DNA of 64,000 nt from Bosea sp. (in: a-proteobacteria). GTDB lineage: Bacteria > Pseudomonadota > Alphaproteobacteria > Rhizobiales > Beijerinckiaceae. Positions 39,729 to 48,376 of the stretch are shown piece by piece (the first letter of the stretch is position 1; each line of letters opens with the position of its first letter). Below the pieces are notes generated by a model. It was given only the letters and a program-made list of their open reading frames with translations, was not told where the DNA came from and did no database searches. The position numbers and the translations under genes were made by a program. Where the stretch lies: contig NZ_JAKFED010000183.1 in assembly GCF_036675845.1 (NCBI RefSeq), forward strand, positions 15,716-79,715. Direction: 5' to 3'.

Positions 39729-40316
39729 ATGAGGCTTGCTGCCGACGATGTGACGCGTTCCCTGCGGGCCTCCTGGCGCCTGCTCTCGGCAGATGCCAAG
39801 GCCCTGCCCGATCTCGATCTCTCCCGCGATGGCTTCTGGCGCTCCTATCTGGCCCTGGTCCTGACCGTGCCGGCGATCATCCCCGTGCTGGCGGCCGAGC
39901 GCGTGCTCGCCGGGCTGCCGAACACGACCGGGCTGTTCGACGCCCCCGTCCTGCTCGCCTCGGTGATCGTCGCCGAATTGCTGGCGGTGATCACGGTGCC
40001 GGTGCTGCTCGTCATGCTGGCGCCGGGGCTGCTGCACTCCCCGCGCTTCACCGGCTTCATCATCGCCTGGAACTGGTCGAGCATTCTCTCCGCCAGCCTG
40101 ATGGCGGTGCCGGCGGCGGTCTTCGCGCTGGGCTGGTCGAACGCCGGAATCGCGAGCGTCCAGGCCCTCGCCTTCGCGGCGATCGTCCTGCGCCTGCGCT
40201 ATTGCGTGGCCCGCGCCGCCTTCGGCGCACAAAGCGGCATCGCCGGCGCGGTCGCCTGCGCCAGCCTGCTCGCCGACTACGCGATCATCCGGACCTTCGG
40301 GCTCGCCGGGTTCTAG
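39729..40316 (+). CDS. Hypothetical membrane protein
   Basis: About 195 aa multi-TM protein, DLSRDGFWRSYLA..FIIAWNWS; GGAGG RBS before ATG 39729. Confidence 0.75.
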   Translation: MRLAADDVTRSLRASWRLLSADAKALPDLDLSRDGFWRSYLALVLTVPAIIPVLAAERVLAGLPNTTGLFDAPVLLASVIVAELLAVITVPVLLVMLAPGLLHSPRFTGFIIAWNWSSILSASLMAVPAAVFALGWSNAGIASVQALAFAAIVLRLRYCVARAAFGAQSGIAGAVACASLLADYAIIRTFGLAGF

Positions 40317-41023
40317 ATTTTCGTCACCGGGATCAGGCCGACGCCGTAATACAGGGCCTTGCCCCGGGTCGTGACCGAATCCGAGGAAGGGGCGATCTCG
40401 AAACCCGCCTTGACCAGCTCGTTGACGGCTTTCGCCTTGATCGACGCGCTGGCCGCCACGTCGAAGCTGATCTTCAATTCGACCGTGGCTTCGAGAACCT
40501 TCAAGACCTGATGCGCATTGCTCTGACCGATATTGGTCATGACGATCTCACGGCAAACCGGCCTGAGGAGCGCGCGGATCTCCGCCAGCTCGTCCTGCGC
40601 ATAGGTGTAGATCTTGGCGTCGGCGACGGTGACCACGGCGCTCCTGGCCGCACGGGCCGTCGCCTGGAGATTGAACAGGCTCTTGAGAGCGGGCGCCTCG
40701 ATGTTGAAGCTTCCTCCAAGCTGACTGGCGACGTCCCGACTTTCGGTGTCGCTCAAGGTCGGCTTGAAATTATAGAGATCGACCGAGTACCGCGACGTGC
40801 AAAGGGACGTCAGCTGCACCGAGCGCGGGTTCTTGTCGCTCGGGTCGTAATTCTCCCTGGCGACCAGGGCGCCCGGTCCATGCAGGGTGCTGGGCGGGAC
40901 GTTTCTCGAAAAGCCGTATCTGGCGATGATGCTTTCGATCTGGCGGTCTTCGTCCTGGCAGGCGGCCAGGGGAAACGTGGCCAGAAGGCATAGTGCGAGC
41001 CGTAGTCCCCGTTTCCGCTTCAT
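40313..41023 (-). CDS. Orphan lipoprotein with gasdermin-like sequence pattern (see findings)
   Basis: MKRKRGLRLALCLLATFP-LAA-C lipobox. The mature chain begins CQDEDRQIESIIARYGFSRNVPPSTLHGPGALV and ends KALYYGVGLIPVTKI. The ORF itself is well supported; the fold call is inference. Confidence 0.7.
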   Translation of the reverse strand: MKRKRGLRLALCLLATFPLAACQDEDRQIESIIARYGFSRNVPPSTLHGPGALVARENYDPSDKNPRSVQLTSLCTSRYSVDLYNFKPTLSDTESRDVASQLGGSFNIEAPALKSLFNLQATARAARSAVVTVADAKIYTYAQDELAEIRALLRPVCREIVMTNIGQSNAHQVLKVLEATVELKISFDVAASASIKAKAVNELVKAGFEIAPSSDSVTTRGKALYYGVGLIPVTKI

Positions 41024-41064
41024 GGCCAACTCCGACGGGACCCTCAAGGGTTATTCTACTTAAA

Positions 41065-41078
41065 GTTGCATATGCAAC
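41065..41078. promoter_or_regulatory. Perfect 14-bp palindrome (putative operator)
   Basis: GTTGCATATGCAAC in an AT-rich spacer, 41 nt upstream of ATG 41023, with an extra TTGCAAC half-site at 41085. Confidence 0.5.
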
Positions 41079-41122
41079 CCTGCCTTGCAACCTTAGGGGT
41101 CTCCCGTCAGCCCATCGGCAAA

Positions 41123-41860
41123 TCAGTAGTCGACGCCGGCGAGATAGAGCCCGCAGGGCGGCGCCAGCGCGGCACATTGCGAGCGGTCGCGCGCCGCCAG
41201 CACCTTGCCGACCTTGTTCTCCGGCCAGCGCCCCATGCCGACCATCTTCAGGCAGCCGACGATGGAGCGGACCTGATGGTGCAGGAAGGACCGGGCATGG
41301 GCATAGACCACGACCTCCGGTCCCTCGCGCCGGCAGTCGAGCCGGTCGAGCGTGCGCAGCGGGCTGTTGGCCTGGCATTCGGCGGCGCGGAAGGTGGTGA
41401 AGTCGTGATGGCCGATGAGCGCCTTGGCGGCGCGGTCCATCGCCTCGTGGTCGAGCCTGACCGGCACATGCCAGACGCGGTCGGCCTCGAGGGCGGGTTG
41501 CGCCCGGCGGTCGAGGATGCGGTAGATATAGTAGCGGCGCAGCGCCGAGATGCGGGCGTCGAACGAGTCGGGCACCGCCTCGGCGCTCAGCACCGCCACC
41601 GGCAGGCGCTTCAGCCTGGCATTGCTGGCATCGCGCACGACATCGGTGCGCCATTCGCGCTCGAGATCGACATGAGCGACCTGATGGGTGGCATGCACGC
41701 CGGCATCGGTGCGCCCGGCGCAATGCAGCCGCACGGCATGGCCGCAGAACGCCTCGACCGCCTCCTCGACGCTCTGCTGCACGGAGGGGCCGTTGAGCTG
41801 GCGCTGCCAGCCCGAGAACGGCGTGCCGTCATATTCGATGACCAGCTTGTAGCGCGGCAT
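41123..41860 (-). CDS. truA: tRNA pseudouridine(38-40) synthase
   Basis: IEYDGTPFSGWQ, AGRTDAGVHA, FDARISA, SFLHHQVR and APPCGLYL. Confidence 0.97.
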   Translation of the reverse strand: MPRYKLVIEYDGTPFSGWQRQLNGPSVQQSVEEAVEAFCGHAVRLHCAGRTDAGVHATHQVAHVDLEREWRTDVVRDASNARLKRLPVAVLSAEAVPDSFDARISALRRYYIYRILDRRAQPALEADRVWHVPVRLDHEAMDRAAKALIGHHDFTTFRAAECQANSPLRTLDRLDCRREGPEVVVYAHARSFLHHQVRSIVGCLKMVGMGRWPENKVGKVLAARDRSQCAALAPPCGLYLAGVDY

Positions 41861-41864
41861 CGCG

Positions 41865-42794
41865 CTAGAGCTTCGCGCCGGCAGAGAGCCGGGCGCCGCG
41901 CAGGAACTCGCCGCCGCTCATCGGCGCGCGCCCGGCGCGCTGGACCTGCAGCAGCTTCACCGCGCCGACCTTGCAGGCGACCGTGCCGTCATCGTCGAGC
42001 AGGGTTCCAGGCTCGGCCGCGCCGCCGGCACGCGCCGTACGCAGCAGCTTGAGCCGCTCCGGCCCCTTGCCAAGATCGACCTCGACGAAAGCACCCGGAA
42101 AGGGCGAGAGGCCGCGCACGAGATCGTGCACCTGCTGCGCCGGCCGTGTCCAGCTCAGCTTCGCCTCGTCATTGCCGATCTTGCTGGCATAGGTGACGCC
42201 TTCCTGCGCCTGCGGCGTGAAGCGCAGGCCGCCGCGGCCGAGAGCAGCCAGGGCCCGCACCATCAGATCGGCGCCGAGCCCGGCAAGCCGGTCGTGCATG
42301 TCGCCCGCCGTGGCGTCGCTGTCGATGGCGAGCCGCTCGACCATGCCGACGGGGCCGGTATCGAGCCCCTCCTCCATCTTCATCACGCAGACGCCGGTCT
42401 CGGCATCGCCGGCCATGATCGCGCGCTGGATCGGGGCGGCGCCGCGCCAGCGCGGCAGCAGCGAAGCGTGCAGGTTGAGGCAGCCGAGTTCCGGAACCTC
42501 CAGGACCGCGCCCGGCAGGATCAGGCCATAGGCGACGACGACCGCGACATCGGCCTGGTGCGAGGCCATGATCTCGGCGGCCTCGGCGTTCTTCAGCGTC
42601 TTCGGCGTGAATACCGGAATGCCGAAACGCTCGGCGGTGCGCTGCACCGGCGACGGCTTCAGTTCCATGCCGCGCCCGGCCGGAGCCGGGGCCCGCGTAT
42701 AGACGGAAACGACCTCATGGCCCTGGCCGATGATCTCGGTCAGGGTGGGCACGGCGAAATCCGGCGTGCCCATGAAGATGATGCGCAAGCTCAT
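41865..42794 (-). CDS. fmt: Methionyl-tRNA formyltransferase
   Basis: [12 protein letters not shown] and [20 protein letters not shown]. Confidence 0.98.
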   Translation of the reverse strand: MSLRIIFMGTPDFAVPTLTEIIGQGHEVVSVYTRAPAPAGRGMELKPSPVQRTAERFGIPVFTPKTLKNAEAAEIMASHQADVAVVVAYGLILPGAVLEVPELGCLNLHASLLPRWRGAAPIQRAIMAGDAETGVCVMKMEEGLDTGPVGMVERLAIDSDATAGDMHDRLAGLGADLMVRALAALGRGGLRFTPQAQEGVTYASKIGNDEAKLSWTRPAQQVHDLVRGLSPFPGAFVEVDLGKGPERLKLLRTARAGGAAEPGTLLDDDGTVACKVGAVKLLQVQRAGRAPMSGGEFLRGARLSAGAKL

Positions 42795-42810
42795 GTCTTT
42801 TCCCGGCCGT

Positions 42811-43344
42811 TCAGGCCGCGCTCTCCCGGCGGGCCGCCTTGGCGAAGCGCTTGGTCACGCGCTCGCGCTTCAGGCGCGAGAGATAATCGATGAACAGCAC
42901 GCCGTTGAGATGGTCGATCTCGTGCTGCAGGCAGGTGGCGAGGATGCCCTCGGCCTCGATCTCCTGCGTCGCGCCGTCGAGGCCCATATAGCGCACCTTG
43001 ACCCGCGCCGGCCGCTCGACCTCCTCGTAATATTCGGGGATCGACAGGCAGCCCTCCTCGTAGACGTTCGTCTCTTCCGAGCGCCAGGTGACCTCGGGAT
43101 TGACGAAGACCATCGGCGCCTTCGGGGTCTCCTCGTCCTCCTCGCTCTTCTTCGACACATCGAGGGTGACGAGCCGGACCGGCGCGCCGATCTGGATCGC
43201 GGCAAGCCCGATGCCGGGCGCGTCGTACATCGTCTCCAGCATGTCTTCGGCGAGCTTGCGGACCTCGGGCGTAATCGCCGCGACGGGCGCCGAGACCAGC
43301 CGAAGCTGGCTGTCGGGCAGGATGACGAGAGGGCGAATGGCCAT
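42811..43344 (-). CDS. def: Peptide deformylase
   Basis: [15 protein letters not shown] and QHEIDHLNG. Confidence 0.98.
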   Translation of the reverse strand: MAIRPLVILPDSQLRLVSAPVAAITPEVRKLAEDMLETMYDAPGIGLAAIQIGAPVRLVTLDVSKKSEEDEETPKAPMVFVNPEVTWRSEETNVYEEGCLSIPEYYEEVERPARVKVRYMGLDGATQEIEAEGILATCLQHEIDHLNGVLFIDYLSRLKRERVTKRFAKAARRESAA

Positions 43345-43411
43345 GGGACGCTCTAAAGCAGATTTCCTGAGATTCAGGCGACATAAGCACTTGTGCGGAG
43401 GCGGTCAAACT

Positions 43412-43426
43412 GTTCCGCTTTCGTTC
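43412..43426. promoter_or_regulatory. LexA (SOS) box upstream of rmuC
   Basis: GTTC-cgctttc-GTTC is an exact GTTC-N7-GTTC match, 22 nt before the rmuC ATG. Confidence 0.75.
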
Positions 43427-43448
43427 GCTTTCGTGTAGGCTCCCCGGC

Positions 43449-44633
43449 ATGAACCAGATCGCCTTCGTCCTGCTCGACCGCCCCGTCACCTGGGCGCAGG
43501 CCACCTTCGGCTTCGCCGGCCTGACCCTGTTGCTGCTGGCGCTGGCGCTACTCTCCTCCTGGCGCGGCGGGCGCCGGCGCGAGGCGGAAGCCGCGGCCGC
43601 CACCGAGCGGGCCCGCGAGATGGACGACAAGGTCGCCGAGATGAACCGGATGCAGTCCGAGCTGACCGGTCGGATGCAGACCATGGCCGAGATCCTCTCG
43701 ACCCGGCAGGGCGACCTTGCCCGCCTCGTCGCCGACCGGATCGACGGGCTGCGCCAGCAGGTCGGCGCCGGGCTCGAGCAGAATGTCCGCCAGACCACGG
43801 AAAGCCTCGGCAAGCTGCAGGAGCGGCTCGCCGTGATCGACAGCGCCCAGAAGAACCTGAGCGAGCTGACCGGCGAGGTGGTGACGCTGAAGGACGTGCT
43901 TTCCAACAAGCAGGCGCGCGGCGCCTATGGTCAGGGCCGGATGGAGGCGATCGTGCGCGACGGTCTCCCGGCTGCGTTCTTCGCGTTCCAGCCGACGCTC
44001 TCCAGCGGCAAGCGGCCGGACTGCCTCGTCACGTTGCCGGGTGACGGGCGCGGCCTCGTCATCGACGCCAAATTCCCGCTGGAGAGTTTCACCCTGCTGC
44101 GCGCAGCGCGCGGCGAACAGGAGAAGAAGGCGGCGGCGGCACGGGTGCGCGGCGATGTCGGCCAGCATGTCAAGGACATCGCCGAGCGCTATTTCCTGCC
44201 CGGCGAGACGCAGGACATGGCGCTGCTCTTCGTGCCGTCCGAATCGATCTATGCCGACCTGCACGAGCATTTCGACGATGTGATCCAGAAGGCGCATCGC
44301 CAGCGCGTGATGATCGTCTCGCCCTCGCTGCTGGCGCTGGCGATCCAGCTGATGCAGTCGCTGGTCCGCGATGCGCGGATGCGCGAGGAGGCGCAGGTGA
44401 TCCAGTCGGAGGTCGGCAAGCTGCTCGACGATGTCCGCCGGCTCGGCGAGCGGGTCGACAGGCTGGATAACCATTTCCGCCAGGCGCAGGAAGATGTCGG
44501 CCAGATCAAGACCTCCGCCGGCAAGGTCACCGGCCGGGCCGAGAAGATCGGCGCGCTGGAATTCGACGACGGCCCGGGCAGCCAGACGACCCTGCCCTTC
44601 GCAGGGGAAACCCGGCTCAAGGCGGCAGAATAA
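43449..44633 (+). CDS. rmuC: DNA recombination protein RmuC
   Basis: N-terminal TM segment and coiled coil; KQARGAYGQ, RPDCLV, IDAKFPLE and LFVPSESIYA. Confidence 0.93.
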   Translation: MNQIAFVLLDRPVTWAQATFGFAGLTLLLLALALLSSWRGGRRREAEAAAATERAREMDDKVAEMNRMQSELTGRMQTMAEILSTRQGDLARLVADRIDGLRQQVGAGLEQNVRQTTESLGKLQERLAVIDSAQKNLSELTGEVVTLKDVLSNKQARGAYGQGRMEAIVRDGLPAAFFAFQPTLSSGKRPDCLVTLPGDGRGLVIDAKFPLESFTLLRAARGEQEKKAAAARVRGDVGQHVKDIAERYFLPGETQDMALLFVPSESIYADLHEHFDDVIQKAHRQRVMIVSPSLLALAIQLMQSLVRDARMREEAQVIQSEVGKLLDDVRRLGERVDRLDNHFRQAQEDVGQIKTSAGKVTGRAEKIGALEFDDGPGSQTTLPFAGETRLKAAE

Positions 44634-44708
44634 ACCCTGGACGCCATCGGCAGATCACATTCGGGGTTAGCCTAGCAGCTCGAACGGATTCGCGGGGGGC
44701 TGCCAGAC

Positions 44709-45950
44709 GTGCTCGTCCAGATCGGAACGCTCATCGCCGCGACGAGCCTCGTCCAGCTTGCCAACGGCTTCTTCAACACGTTCCTGTCGCTGCGGCTGAC
44801 GACCGAGAATTTCGGCGCGACGCTGACCGGCATCGTGCTCAGCGCCTATTTCATCGGCTTCTCGATCGGTGCCGTCGGCTGCGGCGGCATCATCCAGCGC
44901 ATCGGGCATATCCGCGCCTACGCCGCCTTCGCGGGCATGGTCGTGGTCGCCACGGCGCTGATGTCGCTCCTCGTCTCGCCGCTCGGCTGGATCCTGTGCC
45001 GGATGGCGATCGGCACCGGCTGCGTCGGCCTGTTCATCACGACGGAGAGCTGGCTGAACGCCAAGGCACCGCCGGAACAGCGCGGCCGGATCTTCTCGAT
45101 CTACATGGTCGGCACCTTCCTGGCCCTGGCGGCCGGGCAATTGCTGATCGGCAAGCTGCCGATCACCTCGGCGACGCCGTTCAGCATCATCGTCGCGCTG
45201 TTCGCGCTGGCGCTGATGATGGTCAGCGCGACCCGCGCCGAGGCGCCGGCGTTGCCGCCCGAGACTTCGCTGCCCTATGGCGAGCTGACGCGGCAGGCCC
45301 CGGTCTCGGTGATCGGCTGCGTGGTCTCGGGCATCGTCACCAGCGCCTTCTACGCGCTCGTCCCGGCGTGGATGGCCAGGAACAACGTCGCCCAGGAAAC
45401 GATCGCGCTGGTCATGCTGGTCGCCGTGCTTGGCGGCTTCGTGTTCCAGGTGCCGGTCGGCCGGCTCTCGGATCGCGGCGACCGCCGGATCGTGCTGGCC
45501 GGGCTGGCGCTCGGCTTCTCGGTCGCGGCCGTGCTGCTCGGTTTCGTTCCGCGCGATCTGATGCTGGTGCTGCCGGTGGCGGCGCTGCTCGGCGGCTTCA
45601 TGTCGACGCTCTATCCGGTCTGCGTCGCGCATGCGCTCGACCGCATGCCGCAGGATCGCGTCGTCGCGGTCAGCGGCCGGCTGATCCTGGTCAGCGGCAT
45701 CGGCTCGGCGCTCGGTCCGATCCTCGGCGCCCAGGTGATGGCGCGGCTCGACATCAACGGACTGCTCTACTTCATGGCCGCCGCGACGGCTGCGCTCGCC
45801 GCGGTCGCGGGCCTGCGCATCCAGCAGCGGGCGCCGGCGGAGCAGATGGCGGAGAGGCCGTTCGCGGTCATCGATCCGCTCAACGCCTCGATCTCGCAGG
45901 AACCGGAAGCGACGGATCCGGACGGGACGCCGCGCGCCCTGCCCGGCTGA
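44709..45950 (+). CDS. MFS transporter (YcaD-like)
   Basis: About 12 TM segments; RIGHIRAYAAF, TESWLN..QRGRIFSIYM and GRLSDRGDRR. Confidence 0.9.
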   Translation: MLVQIGTLIAATSLVQLANGFFNTFLSLRLTTENFGATLTGIVLSAYFIGFSIGAVGCGGIIQRIGHIRAYAAFAGMVVVATALMSLLVSPLGWILCRMAIGTGCVGLFITTESWLNAKAPPEQRGRIFSIYMVGTFLALAAGQLLIGKLPITSATPFSIIVALFALALMMVSATRAEAPALPPETSLPYGELTRQAPVSVIGCVVSGIVTSAFYALVPAWMARNNVAQETIALVMLVAVLGGFVFQVPVGRLSDRGDRRIVLAGLALGFSVAAVLLGFVPRDLMLVLPVAALLGGFMSTLYPVCVAHALDRMPQDRVVAVSGRLILVSGIGSALGPILGAQVMARLDINGLLYFMAAATAALAAVAGLRIQQRAPAEQMAERPFAVIDPLNASISQEPEATDPDGTPRALPG

Positions 45951-45959
45951 TCGCGCCGA

Positions 45960-46075
45960 CTCAGAGCCCGTTCCGATCAGCTTGCACCGCAAGCTGATCG
46001 GAACGGGCTCTCATCTCAAGTTTAGAGACGGATTCACCGATCAGATTGATTCAATCTGATCGGATCCGGCTCTAG
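45960..46075. repeat. Two-hairpin RIME-like repeat overlapping the OsmC-family gene 3' end
   Basis: Hairpins gagcccgttccgatcagcttg/caagctgatcggaacgggctc and ccgatcagattga/tcaatctgatcgg; ends in CTAG at 46072-46075. Confidence 0.8.
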
Positions 46076-46580
46076 CTTGCGTCAACGCCGCCGAGAGCTC
46101 CGGCTTGACGTTCAGCGTCTGGAACACGACGCAATAGCGCTCGGTCAGCTTGAGCAGGCTGTCGAGCTTCTCCTGCGGCGCGTCGGTCTCGACGTCGAAG
46201 AACAGCCGGATCGCCTTGAAGCCGACGGCGGCATCCCTGGCGACGCCGAGCGTGCCGCGGAAGTCGAGATCGCCCTCGGCGCGGACGACGCCCTTCTTCA
46301 ACTCGATCTCGAGCGCGGTCGCGACCGCCTTCAGGGTCACGCCGGCGCAGGCGACCAGCGCCTCGAGCAGCATGTCGCCGGAGCAGAGCTCGGCGCCGGA
46401 GCCGCCGGTCGCCGGATGCAGGCCGGCGAGCGCGATGGCGCGCCCGGTCTCGACCTTGCAGGCGATGTGCTGGTCGTCGAGCTCGCCCTTCGCCTTGAGC
46501 GTGATCACCGCCGCATCCGGCGCCTCGCGATATTTATCCTTGAGCGGGGCCTGAAGAGCGCGAAGCGCAGTGACGTCCAT
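46041..46580 (-). CDS. OsmC family protein
   Basis: AGLHPATGG..LCSGDMLLEALVACAGVTL..EGDLDFRGTLGV..TERYCVVFQTL. Confidence 0.9.
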   Translation of the reverse strand: MDVTALRALQAPLKDKYREAPDAAVITLKAKGELDDQHIACKVETGRAIALAGLHPATGGSGAELCSGDMLLEALVACAGVTLKAVATALEIELKKGVVRAEGDLDFRGTLGVARDAAVGFKAIRLFFDVETDAPQEKLDSLLKLTERYCVVFQTLNVKPELSAALTQARAGSDQIESI

Positions 46581-46683
46581 GATGGCGGTTCCTCGATCGA
46601 AATGGATGCTGGCAGGGTTTACTGCATCGGGCGCAAAAGTGGATGCGGTTTTCAGAAAAGGACGATGCGATCGCGGCGCCGCG

Positions 46684-47412
46684 TCAGGCGGCGACTTCCA
46701 CGGCCACCACCGGCTGCTCGCCGCCGAACTCCTTTTCCAGCGCACGACGCAATTCACGGCGCAGGGCGACGAAGCCGACCGAGCGGGGATCGCGCGGCCG
46801 CGGCAGCAGATTGTCGAGCCGATAGGCGAAGGGGCCGGGCTTCTGCGGCAGCACGAGGATCCGGTCGGCGAGACGGACGGACTCCTCGACGGAGGCTGTG
46901 GCGATGACCACGGCCGGGCGCCCTTGCGTGCAGAGATCGGCGAAGGGTTCGGCAAGGCGGTGCTGCGCCTGCTCGTCCAGCCCGGCGAAGGGCTCGTCGA
47001 TCAGCAGCAGCTTCGGGCGCAGCAGCGACAGGCGCGCCAGCGCAAGGCCCTGCAGCTCCCCCAGTGAGAGCGTGCCGGGGCGCCGGTCGGCGGCTGCGCT
47101 GAGACCGACGCGGACCAGCGCATTGGCGATCAGTCCCTCGCGGGCGAAAGGCGTCGCGCCGGGCAGGCCAAAGGCCAGGTTCTCGGCCAGGCCGAGCCAG
47201 GGGAAGAAATGCGGCCGGGCGCCGAGCAGCCCCAGCTCGGCCGACGGCACCGGGTCCACATCGGCGTCGAGGCCGGCGATGGCGCGCAGCAGCGCACTGC
47301 GGCCGGCGGCGGGCCCGCCGAGCAAGGCGACGACCTGCCCGGGCGCCGGGCGCAGCGCGGCGGCATCGAAACTTGCGGCGAAGAGATCGGGATCGAGAAA
47401 GCTGACGGACAT
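46684..47412 (-). CDS. Degenerate SsuB/TauB-like ABC ATPase paralogue (start uncertain, possibly frameshifted)
   Basis: Collinear with the neighbouring ATPase at 47584-48366, but Walker A is GGPAAGRS, signature LSLGE and H-loop ATAS. Walker B LLLIDEPF is intact. Confidence 0.7.
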   Translation of the reverse strand: MSVSFLDPDLFAASFDAAALRPAPGQVVALLGGPAAGRSALLRAIAGLDADVDPVPSAELGLLGARPHFFPWLGLAENLAFGLPGATPFAREGLIANALVRVGLSAAADRRPGTLSLGELQGLALARLSLLRPKLLLIDEPFAGLDEQAQHRLAEPFADLCTQGRPAVVIATASVEESVRLADRILVLPQKPGPFAYRLDNLLPRPRDPRSVGFVALRRELRRALEKEFGGEQPVVAVEVAA

Positions 47413-47475
47413 CGGGCGATTCCTTCCAGAACAAGGCGGAGGGAAGCGCCGACGGCTTGAGCCGTCATCTCGTCT

Positions 47476-47533
47476 CCCACGCTTTAGCGGCATTTGTTTC
47501 GCGCCCGCAAGCTGAGGCTCAAATCGGCGCGTA
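47476..47533 (-). ncRNA. SAM-II (SAM-alpha) riboswitch, copy 1
   Basis: Minus strand cgcgccGATTTgagcctcagcTTGCgggcgcgaaacAAATgccGCTAAAgcgtggg matches the SAM-II pseudoknot pattern (P1 cgcgc/gcgcg, GAUUU, UUGC, GCUAAA). Confidence 0.8.
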
Positions 47534-47538
47534 TCCTT

Positions 47539-47567
47539 TAATAAGGTCCAGTCGTCTGTTTTGTCAA
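47539..47567 (-). promoter_or_regulatory. Sigma70-like promoter for riboswitch copy 1
   Basis: TTGACA-N17-TTATTA immediately upstream of the aptamer. Confidence 0.55.
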
Positions 47568-47583
47568 ACGGGGCGGTTGACCA

Positions 47584-48366
47584 TCACCACCACATGCCGG
47601 CGCTCTCAGCCGCCTTGTGCTGCTGCGGCTGCTCGTCACGCAGCGAGCGGTCGAGCGTGCGCAGCACCTCGCGCTTGCCCGCCTCGAAGGCGGGCGAGAG
47701 CCGGTCGCGCGGCCGGGCCAGGGGATTGTCGAGCTCGTCGAAGACGCGGCCGGGCCGGGGCTGCATCACCATGATCCGGTCGGCCAGCGTCACCGCTTCC
47801 TCGACATCATGGGTCACCATCACCACGGTCGGCCGGCTTTCCTCCCAGAGCGCCAGCAGGTGGTCGTGCAGGCTGGCGCGGGTGGTGGCGTCGAGCGCCG
47901 AGAAGGGCTCGTCCATCAGCAGGAGCTTGGGCCTTGTGATCAGGGCGCGCGCAATGGCGACGCGCTGCTGCTGGCCGCCGGAGAGCTCGCGCGGCCAGCG
48001 CCTGTCATAGCCGCCGAGGCCGACGCGGGCGAGCGCGCTGCCGATCAGCCGCTGGCGCTCGGCTGCCGGGAGGTCCGCCAGGCCGAAGCCGACATTGTCG
48101 GCGACGCTGAGCCAGGGAAAGAGCCGTGGCTCCTGGAAGATGACGCCGACATCGGCGCGCGGCTCGGTGATCGCCGTGCCGCCCAGCACGATGCGGCCCT
48201 CGCTCGGCCGGTCGAGCCCGGCGACGAGCCGCAGCAGCGTGGTCTTGCCGCAGCCCGAACCGCCGACCAGAGCGAGGATCTCGCCGGCCGCGACCTCGGC
48301 CGTGATGCCGGACAGCGCCCGGGTGCCGTCGGCATAGGTCTTGGAGAGGTTGTCGAAGGTCAGCAT
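47584..48366 (-). CDS. Sulfonate/nitrate-family ABC ATPase (SsuB-like)
   Basis: GGSGCGKTT, LSGGQQQR, LLMDEPF and VTHD; start at ATG 48366. Confidence 0.94.
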   Translation of the reverse strand: MLTFDNLSKTYADGTRALSGITAEVAAGEILALVGGSGCGKTTLLRLVAGLDRPSEGRIVLGGTAITEPRADVGVIFQEPRLFPWLSVADNVGFGLADLPAAERQRLIGSALARVGLGGYDRRWPRELSGGQQQRVAIARALITRPKLLLMDEPFSALDATTRASLHDHLLALWEESRPTVVMVTHDVEEAVTLADRIMVMQPRPGRVFDELDNPLARPRDRLSPAFEAGKREVLRTLDRSLRDEQPQQHKAAESAGMWW

Positions 48367-48376
48367 CGCGGCGGCC

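Noticed and set aside
41060-41095. Sigma54 (-24/-12) promoter for the gasdermin-like gene
   Set aside because: The GG and TTGC spacing does not fit TGGCAC-N5-TTGC.
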